Source: Candidatus Microgenomates bacterium (lineage in GTDB: Bacteria > Patescibacteriota > Microgenomatia > UBA8517). From it: a DNA stretch of 49,540 nt. The position numbers were made by a program, and so were the translations under genes. A model generated the notes under the pieces. That model was given only the letters and a program-made list of their open reading frames with translations. It was not told the origin of the DNA and made no database searches. The DNA lies in contig JADHUT010000004.1 of NCBI GenBank assembly GCA_016784385.1, positions 1 to 49,540 of the forward strand. Direction: 5' to 3'. Below, one piece after another: positions 18,899 through 28,165 of this stretch; the first letter of the stretch is position 1; the number at the start of each line of letters is the position of its first letter.

Positions 18899-20020
18899 AT
18901 GAACATATTTAACTCACTAGGATCAAACTACAATTTGAAAATTGCCTTCCAGACTCTGTTTGCAAACAACAAAAAAGAAAACAAAGAAAAGTTGGTAGAT
19001 TTTTTGGAAAATAAATACGGCGGAGAAGTTCATTTATTTTACAAAGGGAGAGAAGCATTGGAAGCTGCGCTGAAATTGTTAGATCTACCTAATTATAATA
19101 TGGTTGCAATTAATGGTTTTACTTGTTTGGTGGTTTGTGACGCGGTTAAGCGAGCCGATTTAAGATCGATCTACCTGGACATCGAGTCAAGTACTCTAAA
19201 TTTTACAGCTAATGCTTTAGAGGTCGAGATAAGAAGAAATCCAAAACTTAAAGTTGTTGTTGTGCAACACACGCTAGGGATCTCTTCTGAAATCAAAAAA
19301 ATTTCTGAAATATGCAAGAGTAATGGTTTGGTGCTTATTGAAGATCTGGCACACAGTGTTGGTGGTGTATACGGAGACCTAGTGACGCTCTCTTTCAGTC
19401 AAGACAAAATTATTGATTCAGTGTCAGGTGGTGCATTGATTATTAAAAATAAAAACTTACAAAAAAAAGTTACTTTTGAAAAAATGGGCGTTGGCTTTTT
19501 TCAACAAGTTAAAGATAGGTTGTACCCACTACTGACGATGATAATTAGAGTAACTTACCCCACAGGGTTCGGAAAAGTTTTCCACAAAACCCTTAAGCGT
19601 ATGAAATTTCTTTCAGTACCAATAGAAAAATTGGTTGTAGGCTTGAGAGATTTACCAAACTGGTATTGCAGCGTTGCTTTGAGCTATTTGGAAAATTTGG
19701 ACGAAGATATTAAACATAGGGAAAAAATTGTTAGAATTTATAAAAAAGATTTAGTTGAAAAAATACGACTTAACGGGTCACCACTGATTAGGTTTCCAAT
19801 AATTGTAGAAGAGAGAAGTGAGCTAATAAAAGTACTCAAAAAGAGGGGTGTTTACGTATCTGATATTTGGTATGACACACTTGTTACATCTAAAAAGAGA
19901 TGCCCAGTGTCCAATAGGGTTTCTGGGAAAATTTTAAATTTACCAACACATAAAAATATTAGCGAAAAGAAGGCTAAAAAAATATGTGTGATAATTAACC
20001 AATGGATAAATTCACAGTAA
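18899..20020 (+). CDS. DegT/DnrJ-family PLP-dependent aminotransferase
   Basis: GREAL, FTC, IEDLAH, SFSQDK (PLP lysine), GG, LNLPTH. Confidence 0.85.
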   Translation: MNIFNSLGSNYNLKIAFQTLFANNKKENKEKLVDFLENKYGGEVHLFYKGREALEAALKLLDLPNYNMVAINGFTCLVVCDAVKRADLRSIYLDIESSTLNFTANALEVEIRRNPKLKVVVVQHTLGISSEIKKISEICKSNGLVLIEDLAHSVGGVYGDLVTLSFSQDKIIDSVSGGALIIKNKNLQKKVTFEKMGVGFFQQVKDRLYPLLTMIIRVTYPTGFGKVFHKTLKRMKFLSVPIEKLVVGLRDLPNWYCSVALSYLENLDEDIKHREKIVRIYKKDLVEKIRLNGSPLIRFPIIVEERSELIKVLKKRGVYVSDIWYDTLVTSKKRCPVSNRVSGKILNLPTHKNISEKKAKKICVIINQWINSQ

Positions 20021-21042
20021 AACAAATAAAAAACAAAAAGGTTTGGGAAACTTTTGTATTGTCAAAAAAACCTCAAACCTTCTTGCAATCGTGGAATTGG
20101 GGAGAAGTCAATGAAAACCTTGGCGAAGAAATAATTAGACTGGGATTTTACAAAAACAATGTGTTGGTTGGTATTTGCTTGCTCATTAAGCAGAATGCTA
20201 AAAGAGGTCCTCATTTTTTGATTCCCGCAGGACCACTAATGGATTGGGAAGATGAAAACTTGGCTAAATTTTTCAAAAAAAGTGTTTATGACCTTGCTAA
20301 AAAATCCAAAGTTTGGTTTGTAAGAATAAGACCTGAAATATTAGATAATAAAAAAAAGAATAACCCGCTTCGCGGTAAAGAACTTTTTAGAAAGTTGGGA
20401 ATGAAACAAGCCCCTATGCACCTACACGCTGAAAATACTTGGATTTTAGACATTTCAAAATCTGAAGATGAGTTGTTGTCAGAGATGAGAAAAACTACGA
20501 GATATTTGATACGGAAAAGCTTGAAGTATGACTTGACTATTGAGGTTTCTAAAGATCCTAAACTTTCTGAAACTCTTTTCAATCTTCAAAAAGAAACTGC
20601 TCTTAGGCACAAATTTGTGGGATTTTCTGAAAAGTTATTTAAGAGCGAAATCAAAGTTTTTTCTATAGACAAACAAGCAGAAGTATTTTTGGTTAAAAAG
20701 GCAAAAGAAGCACTTGCAATAGCAATTATAATTTTTTATGGCGATAGTGCCTATTATCACTTCAGTGGATCAACTTCCAAGTATAGAGAAATTCCATTTT
20801 CGTATAGGTTGCAGTGGGAAATTATTAAGCACGCAAAACGCAGAGGTATTAAATTTTATAACTTCTGGGGTATAGCACCAAACGACAACCCTAAACATCG
20901 TTTTGCTGGTGTGACCCTTTTTAAGACTGGATTTGGGGGAGAAAGAATTGATTGGTTTCCAGCACATGACCTAGTGATAAATCCACTATATTATTTTACT
21001 TATATCTTTGAAACGCTACGCAAGACAATGAGAAGGCTGTGA
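20002..21042 (+). CDS. FemAB/FemX-family peptidoglycan bridge aminoacyltransferase
   Basis: FLQSWNWG, GP, MRKTTRY, YHFSGS, LQWE, YNFWG, GVTLFKTGFGG. Confidence 0.9.
   Translation: MDKFTVKQIKNKKVWETFVLSKKPQTFLQSWNWGEVNENLGEEIIRLGFYKNNVLVGICLLIKQNAKRGPHFLIPAGPLMDWEDENLAKFFKKSVYDLAKKSKVWFVRIRPEILDNKKKNNPLRGKELFRKLGMKQAPMHLHAENTWILDISKSEDELLSEMRKTTRYLIRKSLKYDLTIEVSKDPKLSETLFNLQKETALRHKFVGFSEKLFKSEIKVFSIDKQAEVFLVKKAKEALAIAIIIFYGDSAYYHFSGSTSKYREIPFSYRLQWEIIKHAKRRGIKFYNFWGIAPNDNPKHRFAGVTLFKTGFGGERIDWFPAHDLVINPLYYFTYIFETLRKTMRRL
20361..20378 (+). repeat. 15-bp TAA-flanked single-hairpin insert in the femAB-like gene
   Basis: TAA-C-CCGC-TTC-GCGG-TAA, a GC-rich island in A-rich coding sequence; adds NPLRG. 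Confidence 0.55.
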
Positions 21043-21057
21043 TAGTATAATATAAGT

Positions 21058-22113
21058 ATGAATGAACAAAACTATTTACCCTTGGCCTTAGGCTTGGTGA
21101 TGTTTTCATTTTTCATAACTGCAGCACTTGTTGTTCCTTTTATTAATTTTCTATACAAAATTCATCTTACAAGAAGAAAAGAAGCTCCAAAAAAAGGAAA
21201 AATTCCTCTTTTTGACAAACTCCATGACAGAAAGGCTGGCACACCAGTAGGGGGTGGAGTATTAATTATTGCTGTAGTGGCACTTCTTTTTTCAATAGTA
21301 TTTCCAGTAGTCAGGCATTTTGGGATTTATATTGAAACTGCACACAACCTGCCAACTGAGTTGTTCATAATATTTTTCACTTTCATATCATTTGGTTTTC
21401 TTGGTTTACTTGATGATGTTGTAAAGACTTTTGGAAAACCAAATAAAGGGGTTTTGGGTTTTGCCTTTGGGTTGAGCAGAAGAGTAAAGTTTGCACTTCA
21501 GTGGGTTTTGGCAATAATTGCATCTTTTGTTATATATAAAAATCTTGGAATAGATATCATAAATATTCCGATGTTTGGAATTGTGCTTCATTTGGGTTGG
21601 TGGTACATACCATTTTCTGCATTCGTGATAGTTTCTTTTACTAATGCATTTAATATTACGGATGGACTAGATGGACTTTCTTCAGGACTCTTGGCAATTT
21701 GTCTTTCAGTCTTTGGGATAATTGCAGCAACTGGGTTGGACACTCCTTTGGCAATATTTATTGGGCTTTGGATAGGTGCATTAATTGCATTTTTATACTT
21801 TAATATATGGCCTGCAAGAATTTGGCTGGGTGACGCTGGAGCGCTGTCTTTCGGTGCAACTCTGGCTGTAATTGGACTTCTTTCAGGAAGTATTGTTGCA
21901 CTTGTAGTAATAGGGGGGATATTTATATTAGAAATAATTTCATCCGCAGTTCAAATATTGGGATGGAAGTTTTTAAAAAGGCCAATACTGCCCCTTGCTC
22001 CACTCCACAACACTCTTTTTGCAAGAGGATGGGAAGAACCCAAAATCGTAACAAGGGCTTGGCTTGCAGGAATAATACTTGGAATTTTCGGACTCTGGTT
22101 GGCCACCATTTAG
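21058..22113 (+). CDS. mraY: Phospho-N-acetylmuramoyl-pentapeptide transferase
   Basis: KAGTPVGGG, GLLDD, NAFNITDGLDGL, GDAG, APLH, GWEE motifs. Confidence 0.96.
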   Translation: MNEQNYLPLALGLVMFSFFITAALVVPFINFLYKIHLTRRKEAPKKGKIPLFDKLHDRKAGTPVGGGVLIIAVVALLFSIVFPVVRHFGIYIETAHNLPTELFIIFFTFISFGFLGLLDDVVKTFGKPNKGVLGFAFGLSRRVKFALQWVLAIIASFVIYKNLGIDIINIPMFGIVLHLGWWYIPFSAFVIVSFTNAFNITDGLDGLSSGLLAICLSVFGIIAATGLDTPLAIFIGLWIGALIAFLYFNIWPARIWLGDAGALSFGATLAVIGLLSGSIVALVVIGGIFILEIISSAVQILGWKFLKRPILPLAPLHNTLFARGWEEPKIVTRAWLAGIILGIFGLWLATI

Positions 22114-22211
22114 GGCTTTGTTAAAATTTTTTCTATCCCAGAAGATGAATCTAATAAATAGTTACATTCGTCCAGTATGTGTTTTAAATATTCTTCAGGT
22201 AATTTGGACAT
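22110..22211 (-). pseudogene. Truncated HEPN/DUF86 (HepT-like toxin) fragment
   Basis: AAGGAGG SD, then MSKLPEEYLKHILDECNYLLDSSSGIEKILTKP* (33 aa) directly after the MNT gene; no RX4HXY motif. Confidence 0.7.
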
Positions 22212-22499
22212 ATTCAACCTCCTTTTGGATGTGGGGTGCTATATATGGACTTAATGACTGTGGTGTTAATAGATCCACCTTTCTCCCTAAAATATTTTCT
22301 GTAAAGTTGATAGTGCCCATGAAATTTTTAAAACTTTTTTGATTTTTGTCAAAATCCACAATAAGGTCAACATCACTTTTATCTGATTGATCGTTTGTAA
22401 CGAAAGAACCGAATAAACCAACTCGTTTTACTCCAAAACTCTTTAATTCTTCTTATTCTTTTCAAGTAGGTCAACAATTTCTTGTTTAGTTTTTACCAT
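22195..22499 (-). pseudogene. Minimal nucleotidyltransferase (MNT/MntA-like antitoxin), frameshifted
   Basis: MVKTKQEIVDLLEKN, then a 1-nt frameshift near 22455, then EELKSFGVKRVGLFGSFVTNDQSDKSDVDLIVDF...GRKVDLLT...EVEYV; GSX10DXD motif. Confidence 0.85.
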
Positions 22500-22547
22500 A
22501 AATTAATTATACAACAAAATACATAAAGTCTTTGTTACAATTTATCT

Positions 22548-23684
22548 GTGAAAAGAAAAAAAAGAGTAAAGCTTCGAAGAGTCAAGAGAGTAAAAAAACA
22601 AAAACACCCGTTTGACAGGAACTTTTTTTATTTGGTTTTGTCCTTGGTTGTAGTGGGACTTGTTTTTGTTGCTGACATTTCTGCGCCCCAGGCATTAACT
22701 TACTTTGATGACAAATTTCATTTTTTAAAACAACAAGTAGTTGCTGCTGTCGTCGGTGTTATCGCGATGATTGTGATTTCCGGAATTAAGTATTCATATT
22801 GGAAAAAAATTGCTGTGCCATTTTTTGGTTTTTCTATAATTCTTCTGATTGCAGTTTTAATCCCTGGAATTAGTTATTCAGCACTTGGGGCCAGGAGATG
22901 GATAAGTGTTGGTGGATTTAACTTTCAACCATCTGAGGTGGTTAAGTTGTCGTTGGCTCTTTACTTGGCTAAAGTTTCTGAAATGAATAAAAAAACCATT
23001 TCATATTTTGTGCCACTTGGAATTGTAGCTGGTCTTATAATGCTTCAGCCTGATTTGGGTACTACTATTATAGTTGCAACAATTGGAGTTGCCCAAATAT
23101 TTGTTGCTGGAGTACCATTACTACACTTTTTAGGAACTGTAGCTGTAGGGATTGTTGGAGTAGTGGGGTTAATTTTGTCCTCTTCATACAGAAGAGACAG
23201 GTTGATAACATTTCTTCAAAATACTACTGACCCACTTGGAAAGTCCTATCATATAAGGCAAATACTGCTGGCAATGGGTTCTGGAGGTATTTTTGGAGTA
23301 GGTTTGGGCCAATCCAAGCAAAAGTATTTATTTTTACCAGAAGCTTCAACTGATTCAATTTTTGCAGCAATTGCAGAGGAAATAGGTCTAATTGGTGGGT
23401 TGGCTATAATACTCGTTTTTTTGTATTTTGTGTTCAAAGCTTTCAAAATAGCTGTTAATGCTCCTGATAAATTTTCAAAAGTTCTGGCAGTTGGAATTAC
23501 TTCATGGATAGGGGGCCAGGCCTTACTTAACTTTTCATCAATGGTAGCGTTAACTCCACTAACAGGTATACCTCTGCCGTTTTTTTCATTTGGAGGCACT
23601 AGTTTAGTGATGGTTCTGGTCGGATGCGGTATACTACTAAATATAAGCAGGTATGAAACAAAAAAAATTACTTCTCGCAGGTAG
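22548..23684 (+). CDS. ftsW: Cell division SEDS protein FtsW
   Basis: GARRWI, QPSE, QPDLGT, GLGQSKQK..LPEASTD, PLTGIPLPFFSFGG; upstream of murG. Confidence 0.94.
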   Translation: MKRKKRVKLRRVKRVKKQKHPFDRNFFYLVLSLVVVGLVFVADISAPQALTYFDDKFHFLKQQVVAAVVGVIAMIVISGIKYSYWKKIAVPFFGFSIILLIAVLIPGISYSALGARRWISVGGFNFQPSEVVKLSLALYLAKVSEMNKKTISYFVPLGIVAGLIMLQPDLGTTIIVATIGVAQIFVAGVPLLHFLGTVAVGIVGVVGLILSSSYRRDRLITFLQNTTDPLGKSYHIRQILLAMGSGGIFGVGLGQSKQKYLFLPEASTDSIFAAIAEEIGLIGGLAIILVFLYFVFKAFKIAVNAPDKFSKVLAVGITSWIGGQALLNFSSMVALTPLTGIPLPFFSFGGTSLVMVLVGCGILLNISRYETKKITSRR

Positions 23685-24690
23685 TCATGCTGCAACTACG
23701 GCCGCAGCTACTATAGTTGAGATTAAAAAAAGAAAGTTAGCATTAGAGCTTTTTTGGGTTGGAAACAAAAAATTACCCCTTTTTGGTGTATTTTTTCAAA
23801 AAATAGAATCTGGAAAAATTGAAAATAAATTTACAAGAAACACAATATTATCTTTTCTAAAAATTCCTTTTGGGTTCATTCAAGCAGGACTGGCAGTTTT
23901 TAAGATAAGGCCAGATTTGATACTCTCTTTTGGTGGCGCTGCTGGAGGCCAGGTAGCATTTTGGGGATGGATCTTTCGTATTCCTGTAATTATTCATGAA
24001 CAAACAAGTGTGGCAGGTAGAGCTAATATAAAGTCGTCCAAATTTGCCAAAAAAATTGCAATTTCAAGGGTTACGTCAGAGAAATACTTCCCATCAAATA
24101 AAACTGTTTTGACTGGTGATCCAATTTCAAAAGATATTGTAAAACTTGCAAAATTAAGCGCCAATCCAGAAGTAAAAACAATTTTTATTACAGGGGGTTC
24201 GCGGGGTTCAAAGTGGATAAATAATGCAATAAAACCAATACTCCCCAAACTCCTTACAAAATACAAAATTATATGGCAAGTGGGAGAGGGTAGTGTAGAT
24301 AAATTTAAAATAAAAAATCCACAGTTAACAATTTTTAGAGCAACCAATAGTTCAGAAGAATACTCAAAGTACTTACAACTTGCAGATATTGTTGTAGGTA
24401 GAGCTGGAGCAAATACAGTATCTGAGCTGATCATTGCAAAAAAACCTTGTATTTTAGTTCCCATTCCATGGAGTTATCTAGATGAACAAACCAAAAATGC
24501 CCAACAAGCAAAAAAATTGGGGCTTGCAAGAATAGTAAAACAAAGAGAATTAACTCCTGAAAAACTCTTCGATGTGATTGAAAATTTAGTTGCAGACTAC
24601 CCAAAAATAATAAAAAATACAAAAAATTTGGTTTCAACAGATCTCAGTGCTTCGGAGAAATTGGTGAATTTGCTGGAAAAGTATCTCTAG
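23653..24690 (+). CDS. murG: Undecaprenyl-PP-MurNAc-pentapeptide GlcNAc transferase
   Basis: HEQT, GRAN, TGGSRG, RAGANT, EQTKNA motifs. Confidence 0.92.
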   Translation: MKQKKLLLAGSHAATTAAATIVEIKKRKLALELFWVGNKKLPLFGVFFQKIESGKIENKFTRNTILSFLKIPFGFIQAGLAVFKIRPDLILSFGGAAGGQVAFWGWIFRIPVIIHEQTSVAGRANIKSSKFAKKIAISRVTSEKYFPSNKTVLTGDPISKDIVKLAKLSANPEVKTIFITGGSRGSKWINNAIKPILPKLLTKYKIIWQVGEGSVDKFKIKNPQLTIFRATNSSEEYSKYLQLADIVVGRAGANTVSELIIAKKPCILVPIPWSYLDEQTKNAQQAKKLGLARIVKQRELTPEKLFDVIENLVADYPKIIKNTKNLVSTDLSASEKLVNLLEKYL

Positions 24691-24844
24691 TATAAATATC
24701 TTTTGTTTTTGCTTCCTTAGCCCATGCACTCAATAAGACATTGGCAGAGGTGTCCTCCTGCCTGGTCTTTTTTTCTAGCGCGATTTTATCTTCAATTTGC
24801 CTAAGTATTATTGCCCTTAAACTGTTAATCTGTAATAAAGCCTA

Positions 24845-25925
24845 GGTTCTAAAACGAAGTGCACCACTTAAGGTAAAATGGTTGGCCTTAAGGAAGTGAA
24901 TAACTATTAAATATAAACATTTAAGTTTAAAAGAACGTGAGATTTTGTATGGAATGTTGGGGAAAGGTATATCTTTGCGTAAAATTGGTAAGAGGTTGGG
25001 AAGAAGCCATACTACTCTGTCTCGTGAGATAGACAAACACAGCAGACACTGGAGACCATATATACCCTGTGAGGCAGATAGAAGAGCCTCCAGGTGGTCA
25101 TTAAACCAGAGAAGGAGAGCAGCTTTAAAGAATCCTCTTGTTTTTGTATATGTAAGAAAAAAGTTAAGACTGGGGTGGAGCCCTGAAATAATTGCAGGGA
25201 GACTTTCTGTGGATCACCCAGAAGAGCATATTTGTCCTGAAACAATATACAAGTACATTTTTAACAAAAAAACCAAAAGAGAAAAACTTTGGAGGTATCT
25301 GGAACTGGGCAGGAAGAAAAGAAGGGTGAAGTCTGGTAGAAAGGTTAAAAGGAAAAGTAAGATAAAAAATGCAAAATCAATTGATTTGAGGCCAAAATCA
25401 GTAGAAAAGAGAAACCACTCTGGTCATTGGGAAACAGACAACATGGAAGGAGTAAAAACAGATAAACAAGTACTTTCAGCAACAGTTGAGAGAATGACCA
25501 GAGTGGTTCTTTTGACAAAACTTAAAGATAGAAAATCAGATACTAAAGTTGAGGCTGTCATAAACAGGATCAATGAATTTCCAAAACAAGTAATCCTCAC
25601 TTTAACTGCAGACAATGGAGCAGAAAACACAAAGCATGAAACTATAACAGAAAAATTAAACATACCTGTCTACTTTTGTCACCCATACCACTCTTGGGAA
25701 AAAGGTAGTGTTGAAAACAGAATTAAAAAAGTAAGAAGAATACTACCAAAGGGACAAAGTTTGGACAACATCCCAACCAGAAAGGTACAAAACATAGAAG
25801 AGTGGATAAACAACACACCCATGAAAGTACTTGACTACAAAACACCATATGAGAAGATGGCAGAAGTATTAGGAAAGAAAAAATATACCAACTACCTAAC
25901 TAGTGGTGCACTTCGGGATTGAATG
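24845..25925 (+). mobile_element. IS30-family insertion sequence
   Basis: Imperfect terminal IRs with a perfect 14-bp core CGAAGTGCACCACT (24855-24868 / 25902-25915); TA duplicated at 24843-44 and 25926-27 (TAG also possible); empty site CCTAGG. Confidence 0.93.
24906..25922 (+). CDS. IS30-family transposase
   Basis: YKHLSLKERE HTH, LGRSHTTLSRE, WSPEIIAGR, ETIY, GHWETD, TADNG, PYHSWEKGSVEN, NNTPMKVL; homology extends upstream of the called TTG (24945) to ATT 24906. Confidence 0.93.
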   Translation: MKYKHLSLKEREILYGMLGKGISLRKIGKRLGRSHTTLSREIDKHSRHWRPYIPCEADRRASRWSLNQRRRAALKNPLVFVYVRKKLRLGWSPEIIAGRLSVDHPEEHICPETIYKYIFNKKTKREKLWRYLELGRKKRRVKSGRKVKRKSKIKNAKSIDLRPKSVEKRNHSGHWETDNMEGVKTDKQVLSATVERMTRVVLLTKLKDRKSDTKVEAVINRINEFPKQVILTLTADNGAENTKHETITEKLNIPVYFCHPYHSWEKGSVENRIKKVRRILPKGQSLDNIPTRKVQNIEEWINNTPMKVLDYKTPYEKMAEVLGKKKYTNYLTSGALRD

Positions 25926-26018
25926 TAGGAAGGTAGCTTCTCTTGGTTAGTCATGCCTATAGTATACTATATGTACTAGTATCTTTTCAAATCCACTATA
26001 ATCTGTGAAAATAAGATA

Positions 26019-26768
26019 GTGAGAAGAAAAAAAAGAAAAAAGATATATTTCAACAAGAAAGTTCGAAGTAGAAAAAAAGTTAATTACTTCAAAATACTTT
26101 CTATCTTTCTCATTGCCATACTTCTTGTATCGACGCCCATATTTATTAAAAAACTTGTAGTTATTAAAAGTATAAATTGCACTTCCCAATATGGAGAATG
26201 CCCAGAGGAGTTGATGATAACTGTTTCTACTGTTGTAAACAGTGATTTAAAATCCACCAAAAAGCAACTAAGCGAAATATTGAAGGATAGTTTTTTGGTA
26301 GAAAATTTTTTGATTCAATATAAACTTCCTTCCACAATTGAGCTTGATATTGTTGTGAAAAAACCAAAATTTGCAATTAAAGACAAAAATTCAAATACAT
26401 ATTATTTGCTCGACCGTGATGGTGTTGTTTTAGAACAAAATAGTCTTACTAACATCCCCTTTGTTTCAGTGCAGGGAACTAAACTAATCATGGGGGAAAA
26501 AGCTCCAGACAAACTCATATTCGCAAACCAAATAATGTATGAGTTTAATTGGTTGTATAAAATAGATGGTGGAGAGATTGTAGATGATGGGCTGTTTGTA
26601 CAGTTAGAATCTGGTCACTTGGTTATTTTTCCACTACAAGGAGATGTAGACAGCTTGATAGGAGCTATTAGATTAATTAATTCACGCTTGAATGAAAGCA
26701 ACAATGGCATTAGAATGGAAAATGTGCACGAGATTGATTTGCGATTTAAAAATCCTGTGATAAGGTAG
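26019..26768 (+). CDS. ftsQ: FtsQ/DivIB-like cell division protein
   Basis: Basic N-terminus, single TM, C-terminal IDLRFKNPV; immediately upstream of ftsA. Confidence 0.75.
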   Translation: MRRKKRKKIYFNKKVRSRKKVNYFKILSIFLIAILLVSTPIFIKKLVVIKSINCTSQYGECPEELMITVSTVVNSDLKSTKKQLSEILKDSFLVENFLIQYKLPSTIELDIVVKKPKFAIKDKNSNTYYLLDRDGVVLEQNSLTNIPFVSVQGTKLIMGEKAPDKLIFANQIMYEFNWLYKIDGGEIVDDGLFVQLESGHLVIFPLQGDVDSLIGAIRLINSRLNESNNGIRMENVHEIDLRFKNPVIR

Positions 26769-26777
26769 ATAAAAATT

Positions 26778-28067
26778 ATGAACAAAACAAAAATCATTGC
26801 AGCGATTGAGTTGGGAAGTAGTAAAACTGCAACCATAATCGGTCAGGTCCAAACAGATGAGAATAGTTTTGAGAAAAGTATTAGTGTTATTGGAGTTTCA
26901 GCTGTTGAATCTGCAGGGATTAAAAAAGGTCAAATTGTAAATATTGAAGAATCAGTAGAAGCTGCAATTTCTTCTATTGAAGCCGCTGAGAGAATGGCAG
27001 GTCATAATTTAAGTTCAGCTTTTGTCTCGGTGGGTGGAGCACACATCCATTCACAAAATTCCAGAGGAGTTGTTGCAGTATCAGGTGTAGGCGGTGAAAT
27101 TGGAGTGTCTGATGTGGACCGTGTAATAGATGCAGCTTCAGCAATTTCACTTCCAGCAAGTAGAGAAGTAATCCATGTACTACCCAGAGAATATATAGTT
27201 GATGGTGAAACTGGGGTCAAAGATCCCATTGGAATGAGTGGAGTTAGGCTTGAGGTGGATACACATGTGGTTACTGCTTCAACTGCAGCTGTAAAGAATT
27301 TAACAAAGTCGTTGGGTGAGGCAGGGGTTAACATAGATGACCTGGTTTTTACAGGTCTTGCATCATCTGAGTCAGTGCTATCAGACACTGAGAAGGAGTT
27401 GGGGTGTGTACTTATAGATATCGGTGCAGGAACTACTTCTGTTGCCGTGTTTATAGAAGGCTCCCTGGCATATTCCGGAGTAATTCCAGTTGGTGCCAGA
27501 AATGTAACAAACGACATTGCTATTGGACTTAGAGTTTCTCTAGAAGCTGCTGAGAAAATTAAAATTTTCCTTTCTTCTGAGAGAAAGAGGTCTCCTCAAG
27601 AAAACTCAAAAAATTTAAATCAAGATGATTTGGATGTAAATGCGCTTGGGATCACTGAGTTGAAAAAAGTATCTAAAAAAACACTAACTGAAGGAATAAT
27701 AAGACCTAGGCTAAATGAGATATTTACAATGGTTAGGTTGGAACTTGAAAAAGAGCAGTTATTAAATAGAATTCCATCAGGAGCAGTTGTCACTGGTGGG
27801 GGAGCAAAAACAGTCGGGGTAGTGGACTCTGCCAAAAGAATGATGAGTTTACCAGTGCGAATTGGAGTTCCGGGAGGGGTAGTTGGCTTGATTGATGATG
27901 TAATTGATCCGATGTTTTCAACAGCACTAGGGCTTTTGATATTTGGATCAAAACAAGATGGGGAAGGAGCCGGTGGATTTAAGTTTCCAGGGAAGCTAAG
28001 TTTCAAAAAACCAAACCTTGGCTTGTTTGGGAAAATGGTTGAATCCATAAAGGACTTACTGCCCTGA
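26778..28067 (+). CDS. ftsA: Cell division protein FtsA
   Basis: ELGSSK, GIKKG, PIGMSGVRLE, DIGAGTT, VTGGGA. Confidence 0.97.
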   Translation: MNKTKIIAAIELGSSKTATIIGQVQTDENSFEKSISVIGVSAVESAGIKKGQIVNIEESVEAAISSIEAAERMAGHNLSSAFVSVGGAHIHSQNSRGVVAVSGVGGEIGVSDVDRVIDAASAISLPASREVIHVLPREYIVDGETGVKDPIGMSGVRLEVDTHVVTASTAAVKNLTKSLGEAGVNIDDLVFTGLASSESVLSDTEKELGCVLIDIGAGTTSVAVFIEGSLAYSGVIPVGARNVTNDIAIGLRVSLEAAEKIKIFLSSERKRSPQENSKNLNQDDLDVNALGITELKKVSKKTLTEGIIRPRLNEIFTMVRLELEKEQLLNRIPSGAVVTGGGAKTVGVVDSAKRMMSLPVRIGVPGGVVGLIDDVIDPMFSTALGLLIFGSKQDGEGAGGFKFPGKLSFKKPNLGLFGKMVESIKDLLP

Positions 28068-28075
28068 AAAATACT

Positions 28076-28103
28076 TTGACAAAGTATACAAAACAGTTAT
28101 AAT
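28076..28103 (+). promoter_or_regulatory. Consensus sigma70 promoter for ftsZ
   Basis: TTGACA-16 nt-TATAAT in the ftsA-ftsZ gap. Confidence 0.75.
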
Positions 28104-28165
28104 GCGCTTAAATACTGCCCCGTTTACAAAACTCTTTTCTTTTTGGAAAAAATGAGACAAATTAT

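Noticed and set aside
22079..22342. 87-aa plus-strand ORF after mraY
   Set aside because: Antisense to the recognisable MNT-HEPN remnant.
24842..24844. Stop-codon reassignment suggested by the in-frame TAG in the reconstructed IS-target gene
   Set aside because: TAG, TGA and TAA all terminate well-conserved genes at expected positions in this window (e.g. mraY TAG, murI TGA), so the standard code 11 applies.
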